DNA of 52,688 nucleotides from Perkinsus olseni (Eukaryota): NCBI GenBank assembly GCA_013115125.1, contig JABANN010000006.1, positions 124,001 to 176,688 of the forward strand, read 5' to 3'. Shown piece by piece: positions 1 to 11,991 of this stretch (position 1 is its first letter; each line of letters starts with the position of its first letter). The notes under the pieces were generated by a model. It saw only the letters and a program-made list of their open reading frames with translations, ran no database searches and was not told where the DNA came from. The position numbers and the translations under genes were made by a program.

Positions 1-1889
1 GCCAGCGAGAGACCGGAGCCTCAGCCCCGCTGGACTTAGTCGTTGTTGCTCTCGCAGGAAGGTGTGAGCTTAAATGCTGAGAGGGCTCCGCTATATCGTA
101 ATACACCTCAGTGTTTATCTTGGACTCGCCCTGCGGCCTCTTTCCAGCCCAGTCCGTCAAGATTTCACTCATCGGCTGGGTGGGGGGCACTGTTTCCGAG
201 AACGATTCTGGTTTTGCAGTACTTCGGATGCTGTGTCTTGACGGGTGGTGCGGCCTCGCCACGCTGGTAGCCTCGGCTGTTGTCCTCTGAGGTGTCGGTT
301 GCTTCCGCAGTGTCGACACTCGTACTCGACCGCAGAGATCCATAACTGGAACGGCTCCAACTAGCGTTCGCCCAGCATCCTTGAGGACTTGGTCGGTCAT
401 CTCCCGGCCGAGGACGCTCTGAGCACAGGGACTGCCCTGTGTCCGTGACTGTTGGTTCCTCTTTAACGGCGGGTCGATGAGTTTCAGTGTCATGGGATAG
501 TCCCTTTCAGCTCCTCCTCTGCCATCGGTGACGCTTCCGGCGCTTGGTAAGTTCGTGCCGTACGGCTCGCATTTTTCCAAAGAAGCTCCTCCAGTCTTCG
601 AATGGACCTTCCCAAGCAGCGAGCAGTCTCCTTGCAATTTCACGAACATATCACAGTCGGTAGTATTCGAGGGCTCTGCTGTCCGCCATTTCTCCGTACG
701 CGATGCCCTGGGAGTAGGTAAAGGGGCTACTCCCATACCGGTGTCTCGAACATGTCCATCCTTATAACGGGTTCCATAAGCCTCAGCCGAGAGTAGGTGC
801 TCATCCGCGGCCAACAGAGCGTCAATATCCTCAATTGCGAGGTCCTCAAACGGATCATTGGTCTGATCTTCTTTTCCCCGACCTAGCGACCCTCCTTCGC
901 TTACACATGAACAATCATCTGAAGAACGAGAATCTGACTCTGACGTGTGCCGCCCCCTGGTGGAGGTGCAACATGGGCTAACCTCACGTTCATCATCTGC
1001 AACGTCGTAGACACCTGGGTCCTGCTTGTTAACGTCTATGAAACGAGAATCTTCGAAAAGCTCGGAACCAACATGGGCATCATAAAAGCTGTCGATATCT
1101 GTCAAAGCCAAGTCCCATGGGAGAATCTCTACAGCTCGAGAGCGTCGAACTCAGCCCAGCATCATTAAAAAGCGCAAAAGGAAGAATGCCCTCCAGGGCG
1201 GCCTGTTGGTGGTTGTCGGGTTCCAACGAAGTCTCGAACGAGCCTTCTGGAAGGTCTTCCGGCAGGCGTCCGTCCCCAGAAAAAGACAGCTCAGATGCAA
1301 GATCACTCGGAGCTTCGTCTAGGGTAGTCCATTCGGACGAGTCGTCCTCGGCATCACCGCTTCCTGCCCTGTATATGCCATGTGCGGAGCCACCTGGACA
1401 CTCGACTCCAGACAAGATGTTCGCCCAGAGCCCGGGATTCGCCTCAGCCGACGGCGTGCTCATCCTGCAAGCTTCGCGCCTCGCTTTACGGTTTGCACTG
1501 GAGTTGTTATGTGCTCCCCATGAACTGGAGCACCCCTTCAGACGGCCTCTATTCATCCTACTTGTGGTCCCTGTCAAGGCATCCGAAAGATTCCCGCCGC
1601 TAGAGGGACGTCGTAGATTCTCAGGGCCAGTCTTCCCGAGGGGGAACAGAGGTGTCACCCTCAACACTGACTCAGTTGTCGAGGACACAATCAGCTCGGA
1701 CGGTCCCCTGACGACCCTCTCTGGGAAGGCCTTTTCAGCGAAAATATCTGGTGATCCGTCGGCGGCGCCCGTCTTGGAAGCTATAGCATCGAGGCACTCC
1801 TTTATTGAGTTGGACCTGCGTATTGAGTGACATCATTACAGGCCAGGAGGCTACCTCCGAGATCCAACAGTGAGATGAGGCATCGACAT
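1..1889 (-). CDS. Hypothetical low-complexity (S/E/P-rich) protein, spliced, runs off the window start
   Basis: A stop-free minus-strand frame runs from about 1130 to base 1 (EILPWDLALTDIDSF...GAEAPVSRW). It is absent from the ORF track because it has no stop. It probably joins the 1080-1688 ORF through a short intron. Candidate ATG at 1889 or 1883. No recognisable domain. Confidence 0.55.
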
Positions 1890-2094
1890 TTGATACTATA
1901 GAATCGATCAACTACCAGGTTGAAAGTGGCTGAACCACACACGACCGACCATTTAATTAACGGAATCTCGACAAGTGCGTGACTTGCGATGAAGTGAACT
2001 CTGCTTTCTAGTAAGCGCTAGATTCTTGGCTAGAATTCCTAGTAGCGAAGTCAGCCCCTCTTCTCTAAGACGATTCCATAATATTGGCACTGTA

Positions 2095-3511
2095 TCACAC
2101 TACGACTCGAGGCTGTGACAGAGCACGACTCATACTGACAGGATGTGGGAGACAGTATGATACTGAATGAGTGACTCTAAGGGTCTGTTCCACCCTGTGA
2201 GACAAAGTCAATCTCTCCGTGGGACCCAGCAGCGAGGTTTGGGCTCGTCCTCTCAACGAAACAACCCGCAGAATCATCAGGATTCTCACATCAGAAGCCG
2301 GCAGTATCATTTATCTCTCCCCAAGCAGCAGACCAGGAGGCCCGATGGGGGTACAGGGCAAGCATTAGCACTGCTAATTTAGCAGACTCATGACCGTCAC
2401 TCTCGGCGTGAAGGTTAGCCTGAGCCCTGAGAGCGACGGATGTAACACACCACTGAACCAACGGCTCGACACCTTTTCAGGTTGTGAAGGCCTTCAGTAT
2501 TCTCGCCGATCAATCGTTCTAGCTCGCTTTGATGACTTGCTTCTAAGAAAAATATGCAGAAGGATCACCGAAAGATATAGATCAACGGTTGGCACAGAGC
2601 TTCGCTCACTTTGACGAAGTCTTCGTTCGGTGCCCTTCGCTCTATTCTCCAGCAGTCGCACCTCACTCCTACACCTAAGTACGCAGAATTCCTTCAGATG
2701 GAGTCCGTCCGTTGCTGTAACGGAGTGACTTCATCTGCAACTCTTGCTGCAACGGCGCTAATTGTACTTCGTCAGCTGTTCAGCGAGATCTAGTCTTTCC
2801 TCAAGCATGACCACCTGCTGCTGCACGTTTCCCAGCTCGGCTTCCAGCTTATTGACCAAGTCCATCAGTAGCTTATTTTCTCTCATATCTGCCACGGATC
2901 ATCTCGCAGCAAGAGTATCACTCCTTCAAGGCGTATATTTCTGAATGCTCACGATTCTCCAATACGTCCCTTATCTCGCTCATCTTCTCTGCGTCAAGCC
3001 CCTGAAGCTGTAATGATCGATTCACCGAGGCAACGGCGCATAAGTGCCCAACCTCGGAAACCAGAGCACCCAGCAGGCTCTGGATTTGTCTGTGGTGACT
3101 GTTGGTCTCCGCGCTGCAGTCTTGCTGCGCACACCGAGGATTGCTGACTGCTCTCATAGGGGCCTGGAGCAGTAGCGACCACACCTACTCCAGTGGAGTT
3201 TGTAGTGTACTCCAACCGTGTGGAAAGTCCTTCCACGCGGCTAGAGCAGACTTTCCGTAGTTCTATCTTAGAGGCAACTCTGAGACAGTCTTGCGGTGGC
3301 GAAGGCCGACGCGATGTCGAAGCCACGTTCGACGGTGTAACCGGGCGGATGGATCCGACCTATTTCGAGCGAATGGCTGCTTCACCCCGTCCGCCTACCG
3401 CTGAATAGTTTCCGGCATCCTGAGTTTCTTCTCCAACATCGCCATGTACCAACATGCCTCTAGGCAAAACTGGAAAAGGCGTCTGGCGATGATACACTCC
3501 GCTCGCATCCA
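2095..3511 (-). CDS. Hypothetical coiled-coil protein, multi-exon
   Basis: Start MDASGVYHRQTPFP. Heptad-like exons (LDAEKMSEIRDVLENREHSEIYALKE; LVNKLEAELGNVQQQVVMLEERLDLAEQL) are separated by short GT-AG gaps. 3' end uncertain. Confidence 0.45.
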
Positions 3512-4859
3512 TTTGGTGAGGGAAGACACAAGAGGGAAGACTGCAATAAGACCTTTCCTACTCGACTACGAGCTGTCCCCCGTGACACACTGAACACGAA
3601 GAAAAAACCCAGCAGTGCTGAGCAATTTGAGTACAACGATGATCTACTGCATCACTTCGATAAAATTATTCATGCTTCGATTAAAAGACCAAATCAAATC
3701 TGAAACATCACCTGATTATCTTCAATGGCTCAGCTATGGGAGGACGTCGGTAAGACTCTCAGGAGACTCTCTGGGAGATGGCGGCGAGAGGGGGGGATCA
3801 TGCAGACCTTACTGAATTTGCCGCCAGTAGTTGAAAGCTTAGTACGAAGTCGAAGCTCCATCCTCGATAGCCTGAAATGAAATTTAGATAGATATATCGG
3901 CTCGTCTAAAATGCGAGTGCTCTTGGGGTGCTCGGGGGAGTCGCTGTAGGGCTCGTCGGACTATTCCCAGGTACCCACGGCCCTCCTAACACAGCTTGTT
4001 GCCTTGATAAAAGGGCGAGAATGGCCCTGAGAAAAAAATTGTGATGCTAGGCGATCAGTCATTCGGTGGTCTAAAACGAGCGCAGCCTCATCTTCTAAAG
4101 ACGATTCCCGATGAACGAGTACCTTGTCAAGGTCTCCTGAGCTGCGACGCGCTTGAAGATCTCCTCCTTAACGACAGCATGCCTCGCAATAGCTAAATAA
4201 CAGAGTACAATTGAGGTTTCAAGGATTCATCATTGCGCCCCGCAGTTGGCGGGATCTACTAGGGAACCGCTCTTACCTTTTGCTACGTTTTTCTTCACTT
4301 CACTTGTTTCCCTTTTCAGCTCCTCGATCCCCTCTAAACCCGTACATCTCCCATCGACCTATTTCAGACACCCCAATCCAGCAGTCTTTTGCGGTCCAGC
4401 TCCTCTCTCTAGTATCTCTCCGTTAACAACTACTTCCTCAACCTTCTAGCCTTCCATTGAGTGAGACATTCTGATGACTGAATGATGCGGGCCATAATGT
4501 GGCTACGTGGACTCACAAATTTCAGGAAGTTTACGGCTCAGCGCGGGCCGCAAGGCTGTTCGTTTCGACTGGCAATATACTAATATGAGCAGCAGATTAC
4601 GCCGTAATCATCACGGTAACACAATCGAATATAATAAGTAGTACGCAGCAATGCGCGCGCCGTTTCACAATGAGAATTGGCGTTCTTTTGAAATTCAGGA
4701 CCTGAATCATTTCTGCTGAATAACGTATAAGTCTAGAGACCCGGAGATTGGGCCTAGTGTCTCGGGTGTAGGCTGCTCACTGCTCTCTCGATTGCTGCAG
4801 TGAACCCTCCGTATCGAATTAGAACAAAGAATACTCATTATCGCTCGAAACAGGTCCCT

Positions 4860-5560
4860 CACCGCTGGACCAGCGGCGCCGGCGTCAATCCGTCAGTTTC
4901 TACGAAGTCGAGACGTGCTAACCGAGTTTATCGTAGAGCGTCACTTTTCGATTTCGATACCATCAATCTGGAAGCTTCCCTACAAGAGGGGGGCGGTAGT
5001 AGGCCACTAAGCTTGTATTCCCAGTCTCAAAGCCTGCAATCTAACCAGTCCAATTCGCTCACTGCGATCTTCTTCGAGCCCGATCTTCTCCGCCCATCTT
5101 TGCCGAGCCTCATGAGCTCGTCGTTCCTTTCCATCGTCCTCGACAAAAGCTGGCGCATGTCTCGAAGGTTCTCATTGTAGATCTTTTCACGATGCTGACA
5201 GCAGAGATATGAGTGATATTGTATGACTGCGCCCCATAGCCTATGGGCCATAGGTACGATGGCTAGGGAGCGTAGGTGAACCAGTTTCGGACAGAGAGCC
5301 CACGGTGGTTCCGGATATCTTCTGAGACTGCTGTGCTCACTTTCATTTCCTCCAGATGGCGTTTCTCCAGCCTCTCCTTCTCCTCACAAGACTCCTGCAG
5401 CTTCTGCTCCAGTAGTGCGGTGTATTCTCTCAGGGGCTCGGTGTGATAACACTGTGTCGGAATATTTCCCATATCGAACGGGTCACAATAATCTCGAGGA
5501 GAACGAACAGGTTTGAATCGAATCGATTGAACCGGATAGATGGAAGATTGAATGTACCTC
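4860..5560 (-). CDS. Hypothetical coiled-coil protein, multi-exon
   Basis: Exon-like segments EYTALLEQKLQESCEEKERLEKRHLEEMK and IYNENLRDMRQLLSRTMERNDELMRL. Both ends uncertain. Confidence 0.4.
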
Positions 5561-6729
5561 ACACAAGTATAAAAAGAGCTTGCTTTCCCCAGTTATTGAC
5601 TTGCTAAAAAGTTGGGCTCTCTGAAACACAGGTTGCAGGCAGTGAAAATCATCATGCATGGAATCATACTGTATGATTCATACATCGGTGGTCGTGATAG
5701 TTTTTCACACAGTATGAAGCGCAGGGGGAAAACAACAAGTTGTTGTCTCACGCAAAGAATAACAGTGTCGCGAAATGCAACTCCGACTTCATGACTACCT
5801 GCCGCATGACATCTTGCAGTGTGTTGAGTCAGCAGCAACCGTCGGCTACAAGAATAATCCTCGGAGGTTCATCCTGGTCATCCTGGTCATTCTGGAGCAC
5901 CTTGATAACATAATGTATTATACTTCACTGCAAGTTGCAGTCTGCAACCCATCGCGCGACTCTCGTCATCATCCGGTGGGGTTCAGTGAAAAGTCACAAG
6001 CTCTAGCCGGTCTTCGAGACTCGCAATCATTTAAGTTATCCACGTGACTATTGCCAAAGAACAGGTCGATGGTTGTAACCATTATAGTAGTTAGCGAAGG
6101 TGCACGACACCAATGTCCGACTAGTTGTCTTCCCAATTACACGATGCGCACCATTCGCAATCATCCACATTCTTTGAATGGGTCTACCTCGAACGTCATT
6201 CGAGATAGACCAGTCGCACGCCTGACAATGCGACCGAAGTCCGATGGAGTTCGCGCGCTACGTCGTGATTTGGCCCGCCCATAAGGGTACTCTCAGGAAA
6301 TGCCCATCGGGCGCACTTTCCCACCCCTACCAACTGCCGTATAACATGTGGCTCGATAGAAGCTGAGAACCGCGGGAGTACAAGAAGAAATGAGAACGTG
6401 ATCGACAATCCCGTGCCCGGAAGAGGCTCTTCGACTATATATCGGTATGCTCCGAGCAACCTCTACGGACGACTAAATGCCTACTGTGCTGTCGAGGCTC
6501 GAGCAGAAATGGCACACCCTGAGGATCGACAGTGCATACCATGCGCGTCTGCCGCCGACCACAGGCCTGGAGCTCTGATGAGACTACATGCTACGGATGA
6601 CGCACGACTCGTGAGGTACGAGACAGTCCGGCATGATTCATTAACCCCCGCTGTGACACAATACGGCACTTAGTGGGTGATCGTTTTGAATGGGGGGTCA
6701 TTGCAGTTATCGACTACTCCATGGGCTAA

Positions 6730-8333
6730 TTAGTAGGCGAGGGGAGGCAGGCCAGCCTTCTCGCGCTCGATGGGCTCGTAGTGGACCAGGAACTTCTCGA
6801 CTGCGCCATACTTGCCATTGTTCCATCCATCCTGAAATATCGCAGCGTAATGACTAAATTATTCATGCCTGCCGTTGGAGAATGGAACAGCCCTAGTTTT
6901 GCTTACTTCTGAACGGACCAGCAGTTTGCCATTCACCACATCAATCTCGACCTGGGCTGAACCGAACGCATAAAACTTGCGGTTAATCCTCTTGAGAGGA
7001 ACAGCCGAGGAGGTGCTATTGTAGAATTCCTCAACTCTGAGATACCGCCAGTCCGTCAAGACAGAACTCGCGTCATCCGATTACCTAATGTCCACAGGGT
7101 CATCACGATTCATGCTGTGGTATGGAAACTCCGGCCTCCCTGTTAGAAGCGGATGGGCCTGGAACTTGCCCGAGGAACCAAGGCCGCCAGCGGACTTCCT
7201 AACATGCAGTCGCTGACCAGAGCCCCGAGCTCCTCTCTCACCTAGGGCTCGGTGTTCCCTTACTGTCTGTCGGACTTGGTCTACTCAGAGGGCGGGACGT
7301 CGTTGCTCCCTACCGAGGGATGCAGCCAACAGGCATATCATGAATACGGGCGTACCATGAAAATTTTTAGGCGGCGTATTTCCTCTCGGAGATCATCAAT
7401 GAGGGCGTCCTTGCCAGCAAGCTGAGCCTTCAGCTTCTTAATGGACTCTCCGCGTGGACTCTGATCAGGTGAACATGGGATCACTATGACCGTCGTCCAA
7501 GCTGCCCGGCTACCTCTCCCGTGGGCCCGTTGAGTACCGTCTGGTTTCTAGCCTCGAGCTCCCGCTCAAGCTGCGTGATGTACTTGGTCTTCGAAGCCAG
7601 GGAGGCCTTCAGGTCAGCAATCTGCACTGCGAAGATGCAGACGGGCAGTTTAGCGGCCTCTAATTTACCGTGCGCGTCGAGGCTGCGTCGGCTTTAAGAG
7701 GGGAATTCTGAACAAAAACGAACCATCTCTGCGGTGTTCCAATACGAAGAATCACTTTTCCTGTCCGTGTGGGAGTCACCGCGCTGACGGTTTGCTTCGC
7801 CTACGACGACTTCGTCACCACCAGCTCTCGGGCAACGAAACTCGCTCACCTCAGGCCGTTGAATTCTAGACATATCCTGAGGCTGGCCAGGTCGACCACT
7901 CGGTGGCGCCTGTAGACCATTCCCCAACCCGCCAGCTGCGCCAACCGCTACGCCTATACAACGTGGCATAATACCGCTACTACAGAGCTGCTGCCCGGTA
8001 CCCGCCCTGTTGACAGTGTTTCCTGCAACTTGAGGAACTCCCTGACCATACGACACTGGAAATGGGTTGCCTCCCAGAGGGCGCAGTCCTTGAGTCTGAA
8101 CAGGAGGCTGACCCTGCGGATGGGGCGGCTGGGCGTATTGGGCCGTCGCCCCAGTCGGGTTCGGCACAGAAGGCGTTCTAGCCACGTTGGATTGTGCCGC
8201 CTGATGAGGACATCTCACACACGGTTCCCCTCCGATGACCCACCGCGAACTGAGGCCCTTGGCCAGCGCCAACTCCTCCAAACATACGAGGGAACTGAGG
8301 CATACCCTGTTGCTGCTGTTGATGACCGAACAT
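6730..8333 (-). CDS. GAS2/GAR-domain protein (Q/P/G-rich N-terminus, coiled coil, C-terminal GAR-like microtubule-binding domain)
   Basis: Start MFGHQQQQQGMPQFP. Coiled coil IADLKASLASKTKYITQLERELEAR. The spliced C-terminus PLKRINRKFYAFGSAQVEIDVVNGKLLVRSE-DGWNNGKYGAVEKFLVHYEP resembles the GAR pattern (KYxFG...vmVRvggGW..l.eFL...dP). TAA at 6730-6732. Confidence 0.7.
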
Positions 8334-8509
8334 TTAGAAAGAATTCCTGGTCACTGTACAGCACGACTTATTACCTCCGTAAAGATGACAAGGCAACGAC
8401 ACTGTGTTGCTGATAGAAACCATGAGTCACAAACATTCGTTAAAAGCAGTCATGATCAAACTTTCAATCATCAAAAACTTCATGAGCTCCAACCAAGCAA
8501 GAGCAGCTA

Positions 8510-11500
8510 TCACCCTCCACGACTCCTATTCTCACGTTGCGCCCAAGTGACCACGTACTTGGGCAGCCATTGCCCCTCTTCACCGCCCTCCTCCTTCAAG
8601 CCGTAGTACATCATCGGAGTCTCATATCTGGGGCGGATCTCACCAGTTTCTCTCGGCTGTTCTCAACCTGGCACCAACTCACTTGCAATAGAACCTCTCC
8701 CCACGTTCCATGCTGGCATATTCTAAGTTCTCGTGTATGTACTTCAAGGCGGCAGTAACTGTGCCAGAGGTCTCCCACATCTCATTGTAGTTGTCAACAA
8801 CAGGGGCTTGGCTCGAGGGCAGCTCCGGCTTCTTAATTGGCTCTGACATCGGACCCACTACAGCTCATGGTGGGTGGCTCTCTACATGACCAATGGCGAG
8901 CCCGTCAGATAAAAAAAGACGAACCAGCAGCATTTCCCGAACGTCCACACTACTCTTTTCGGGCGATTTGCCCCCTCCAGCATCAGCCGAGCTATGCTGC
9001 TTGGCAGGCTTGGCCTCATACTTGGTCTCCTCTGTGTGACTCGGAGTATCGTCTCTCTGATGACTTGAAGACGCTCCACCGGAAACCTACAGTAACAAGA
9101 AATATGATCATGGTCTTTACAGAATGACTATCAGACATTACCCTCGGCTGGAATTTCTTCTCACTATTCCCCTTGCTCTCTCTCCTGTGCCTCTCGGTCT
9201 GCCATTCCGGTCCAAATCGAGCGTCCCTTGCAGATCGAATCTTCCTACGATCAAGGGAAAATGGATACACTCTCCAGTGAGGAGAGCCCATGAGCGGAGC
9301 ACTTCCTTACGATCTCTGAATCCTGACGACCTCTGGGCCCTCCTTGTCACAGATGAAGTCCCAGAAAGGGTCGCTGGCAGGAATCAGGGCGGCTATCTCG
9401 GCAGGGATCCCAGCCATGATCGAACCAAGCATACACATCATAGCCTAAAAAAGAGAATAACAGTTACCATCCCCATTCATCCGTACCTGTGCCCAGGCCT
9501 CCTTGCTCTGCAGCGAAGTATAGGCTCCACCTATGTCCAGGACCAGGCCACCCTTGTCCATGAAGCTAGCCCGATAGCGGAACCTTCCCACCTGAAAACA
9601 GCGAGGACGCAGTGGCCTTCAGCAAAAACAATACTCACCTCTTCGACAACAGCATCCCCCCACCAGAGCATGAGATTATCCACAAAGTCGTCTCGACTCC
9701 ACGATACACCAGGGATGCATTCACCACCACACCACTGCCCATTGGTACGGTTATACTCTCCCACATTGTACCATTGCAGCTCCAGCATGGCGTCATTCTC
9801 TCTCTTGAACCTGCCGCTCGGAGTGAGCATCACGAGTGATGGTATCGCTACTACAGGCGAGCCATGAAGTCGTCATCGTCGATATTATCCTGGTCATAGG
9901 CCCTACTGCGCCTCCACGCGCCGCATCCACTAGGCTTCTCTGAAAAACAGCGAAGATGTCAGCGCGGAGCTGATCCTCGAACCGAGGTCACCAGTAGGAG
10001 CCTCAGGTGGTGGCATGTTCTTATTCCAGCCAACATACTCCCAGAAGATATCAAATTGAGGAGCATTCTGGGCGACCATCTTAGCGTCAGGGATACCAGC
10101 CGCGAGGGCAGCGAGGATCGGCATCACCGCACGGCACATCGCAGGTGTACCAATACCTGAACACCACCGATTCAGCCTACGATATGCTACCCTCTTCTTA
10201 CAGGCCACTGCTTTGTGTGTGTCGTCAGGCAAATAAACTCCACCCTTGTCGCCCGGGTAGCGCGAGTCTTTCTGTTTGGACTTCCATCCAACCGTACTAG
10301 TGCGAGGTCTCCAGCGAGTACCCAGCTTGTCCAGAACACAGTCAGGCCAGACTTGTTGGCAGTACCTTAAGAGAGTGACCACAATGAGGGACCCGAGGCG
10401 CCGCAGAGTTGTACCAAATAAGGTTTCCGGTGGTGATGTTGAGACCAAAGTCTAGCTCGGCTCTGATGTAGTCCCCTCCCTGATACGTCCGCTGCACTTG
10501 TTCGAACATTTTCTCGTATCTGGCGGATTTACTGTCCAGGACAGGACGGCCAAGCTGATGGTCACTTCTGTTGGGCAGCAGTGCCTTCTAACCTCTTCCA
10601 CGGCGGAGGGCAAGCCTCGATGTCCTTCCTGGCCGCCTCCACCTGAAACTTGACCGTCCACTAAGAATTATACCAGAGATAATCCTCACATGCTGACGAC
10701 ACTTATCAGTCCACATGACCTGCCTGTACTGTTTTACCGCCACCGAAGTCTTAGCCGTCGAGTCCTGGGTGTAAGATCGGTACCTACGATAGACGCCCAC
10801 TGGGGATCCACACATGCAGGTGTGACGCTCACTTCGCCCTCTTCCCCTTCTCATCAGGCTGCTTCTTGATGTGAGTAGCTGGTGGACGCTCCCGAACCTA
10901 CGACCACTTCCAAGGCACAGGAGGCCTCCACCAACTTACCAAGTTAAGATCCTCCAGCCAGTCCCACCACTCGCTAGCAGCAGGGCAGACCATCGCCGCC
11001 TGCAGCAGCCAGCAGCGTAGCAGGAGTTGCCCGCTCGCTGCTTACGTTAGGAGAGATTCCCAGTGCATAACCAGCTCCTAGCACAGCCATCGCCCTCACA
11101 CTCTCGACACGGCCCTGGACCTTCACAGCCCAAGGTCCCGTGTTATGACTGCTCAGCAGGAATATGCCTGTCCTGTCAGGGAGCCAACCGCGACCTACGA
11201 CGGGACAGCTCGGGGAGAAGCGAGCCAAGGGCCATCACCACCATACCGGATTCCGTCTTCTTGCCGATCTCAGGACGCCACCCTTCGTCAAACTTATCCC
11301 TTTCAACCTTGTACCACACGTTACAGTAGGCGACGAGATCGTTCTCATCGACCTTACGCCGATTAGCGCCTTGAATCTCAAAGCACAGGTATCTAAGGTA
11401 CGAAACGAGTCCGACCAAGATGCGACGACGCGCGACGCCGCAGCCAGTCTGATAGGCAACACAGGAGATGACTACCACTCCAGGCATCTACTCAAACGCC

Positions 11501-11667
11501 GAAACACTGGGAAACACCGAAGACTGGGGAGATGAACGCCCGTGATTGGTGAGAGTAGCAGAGTGACGTAGCAGGGAGCCTCACTTCCCCTGACTGTTCT
11601 CGGCATCCCTCCTAGCCTTCTCAATCACATCAATGAGGGCACCGTTCGCCTTCTCGCTGTAGGACAT
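8510..11667 (-). CDS. Uncharacterised triple-repeat / SH3-like / C-terminal GG protein, paralog 1
   Basis: Start MSYSEKANGALIDVIEKARR. Exons are homologous to paralogs 2 and 3 (YCNVWYKVERDKFDEGWRPEIG; AGIPDAKMVAQNAPQFDIFWEYVGWNK; GVSWSRDDFVDNLMLWWG). Ends WLPKYVVTWAQRENRSRGG* (TGA 8510-8512). Confidence 0.85.
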
Positions 11668-11991
11668 CAGGGAAAGTGTAAAAACAACACGAGAGGTCTG
11701 AAGCACATCCCCTTCAACATCACGCAGTACAAGATACGGAGAGTTTCGTGGCGCGCGACAATGTTCCACGAACGAACAAATTGATTGTGTGCCCATGAGT
11801 GTTTCAGGCCAGCAGCTGCGAGCGTAGCATAACACACAGGCCGCAAGAATGACATAGACCAACGACGGCCGTCCAAGGGCAAATCTGTCTAGAGTACCAC
11901 CCTCGAACAAAACCGGGCTCATCGGGAGATCAAAAACACACAACAGTGGACATGTTCATACAATCTTCAAAGCTCAACTTAGTTGCATGGC

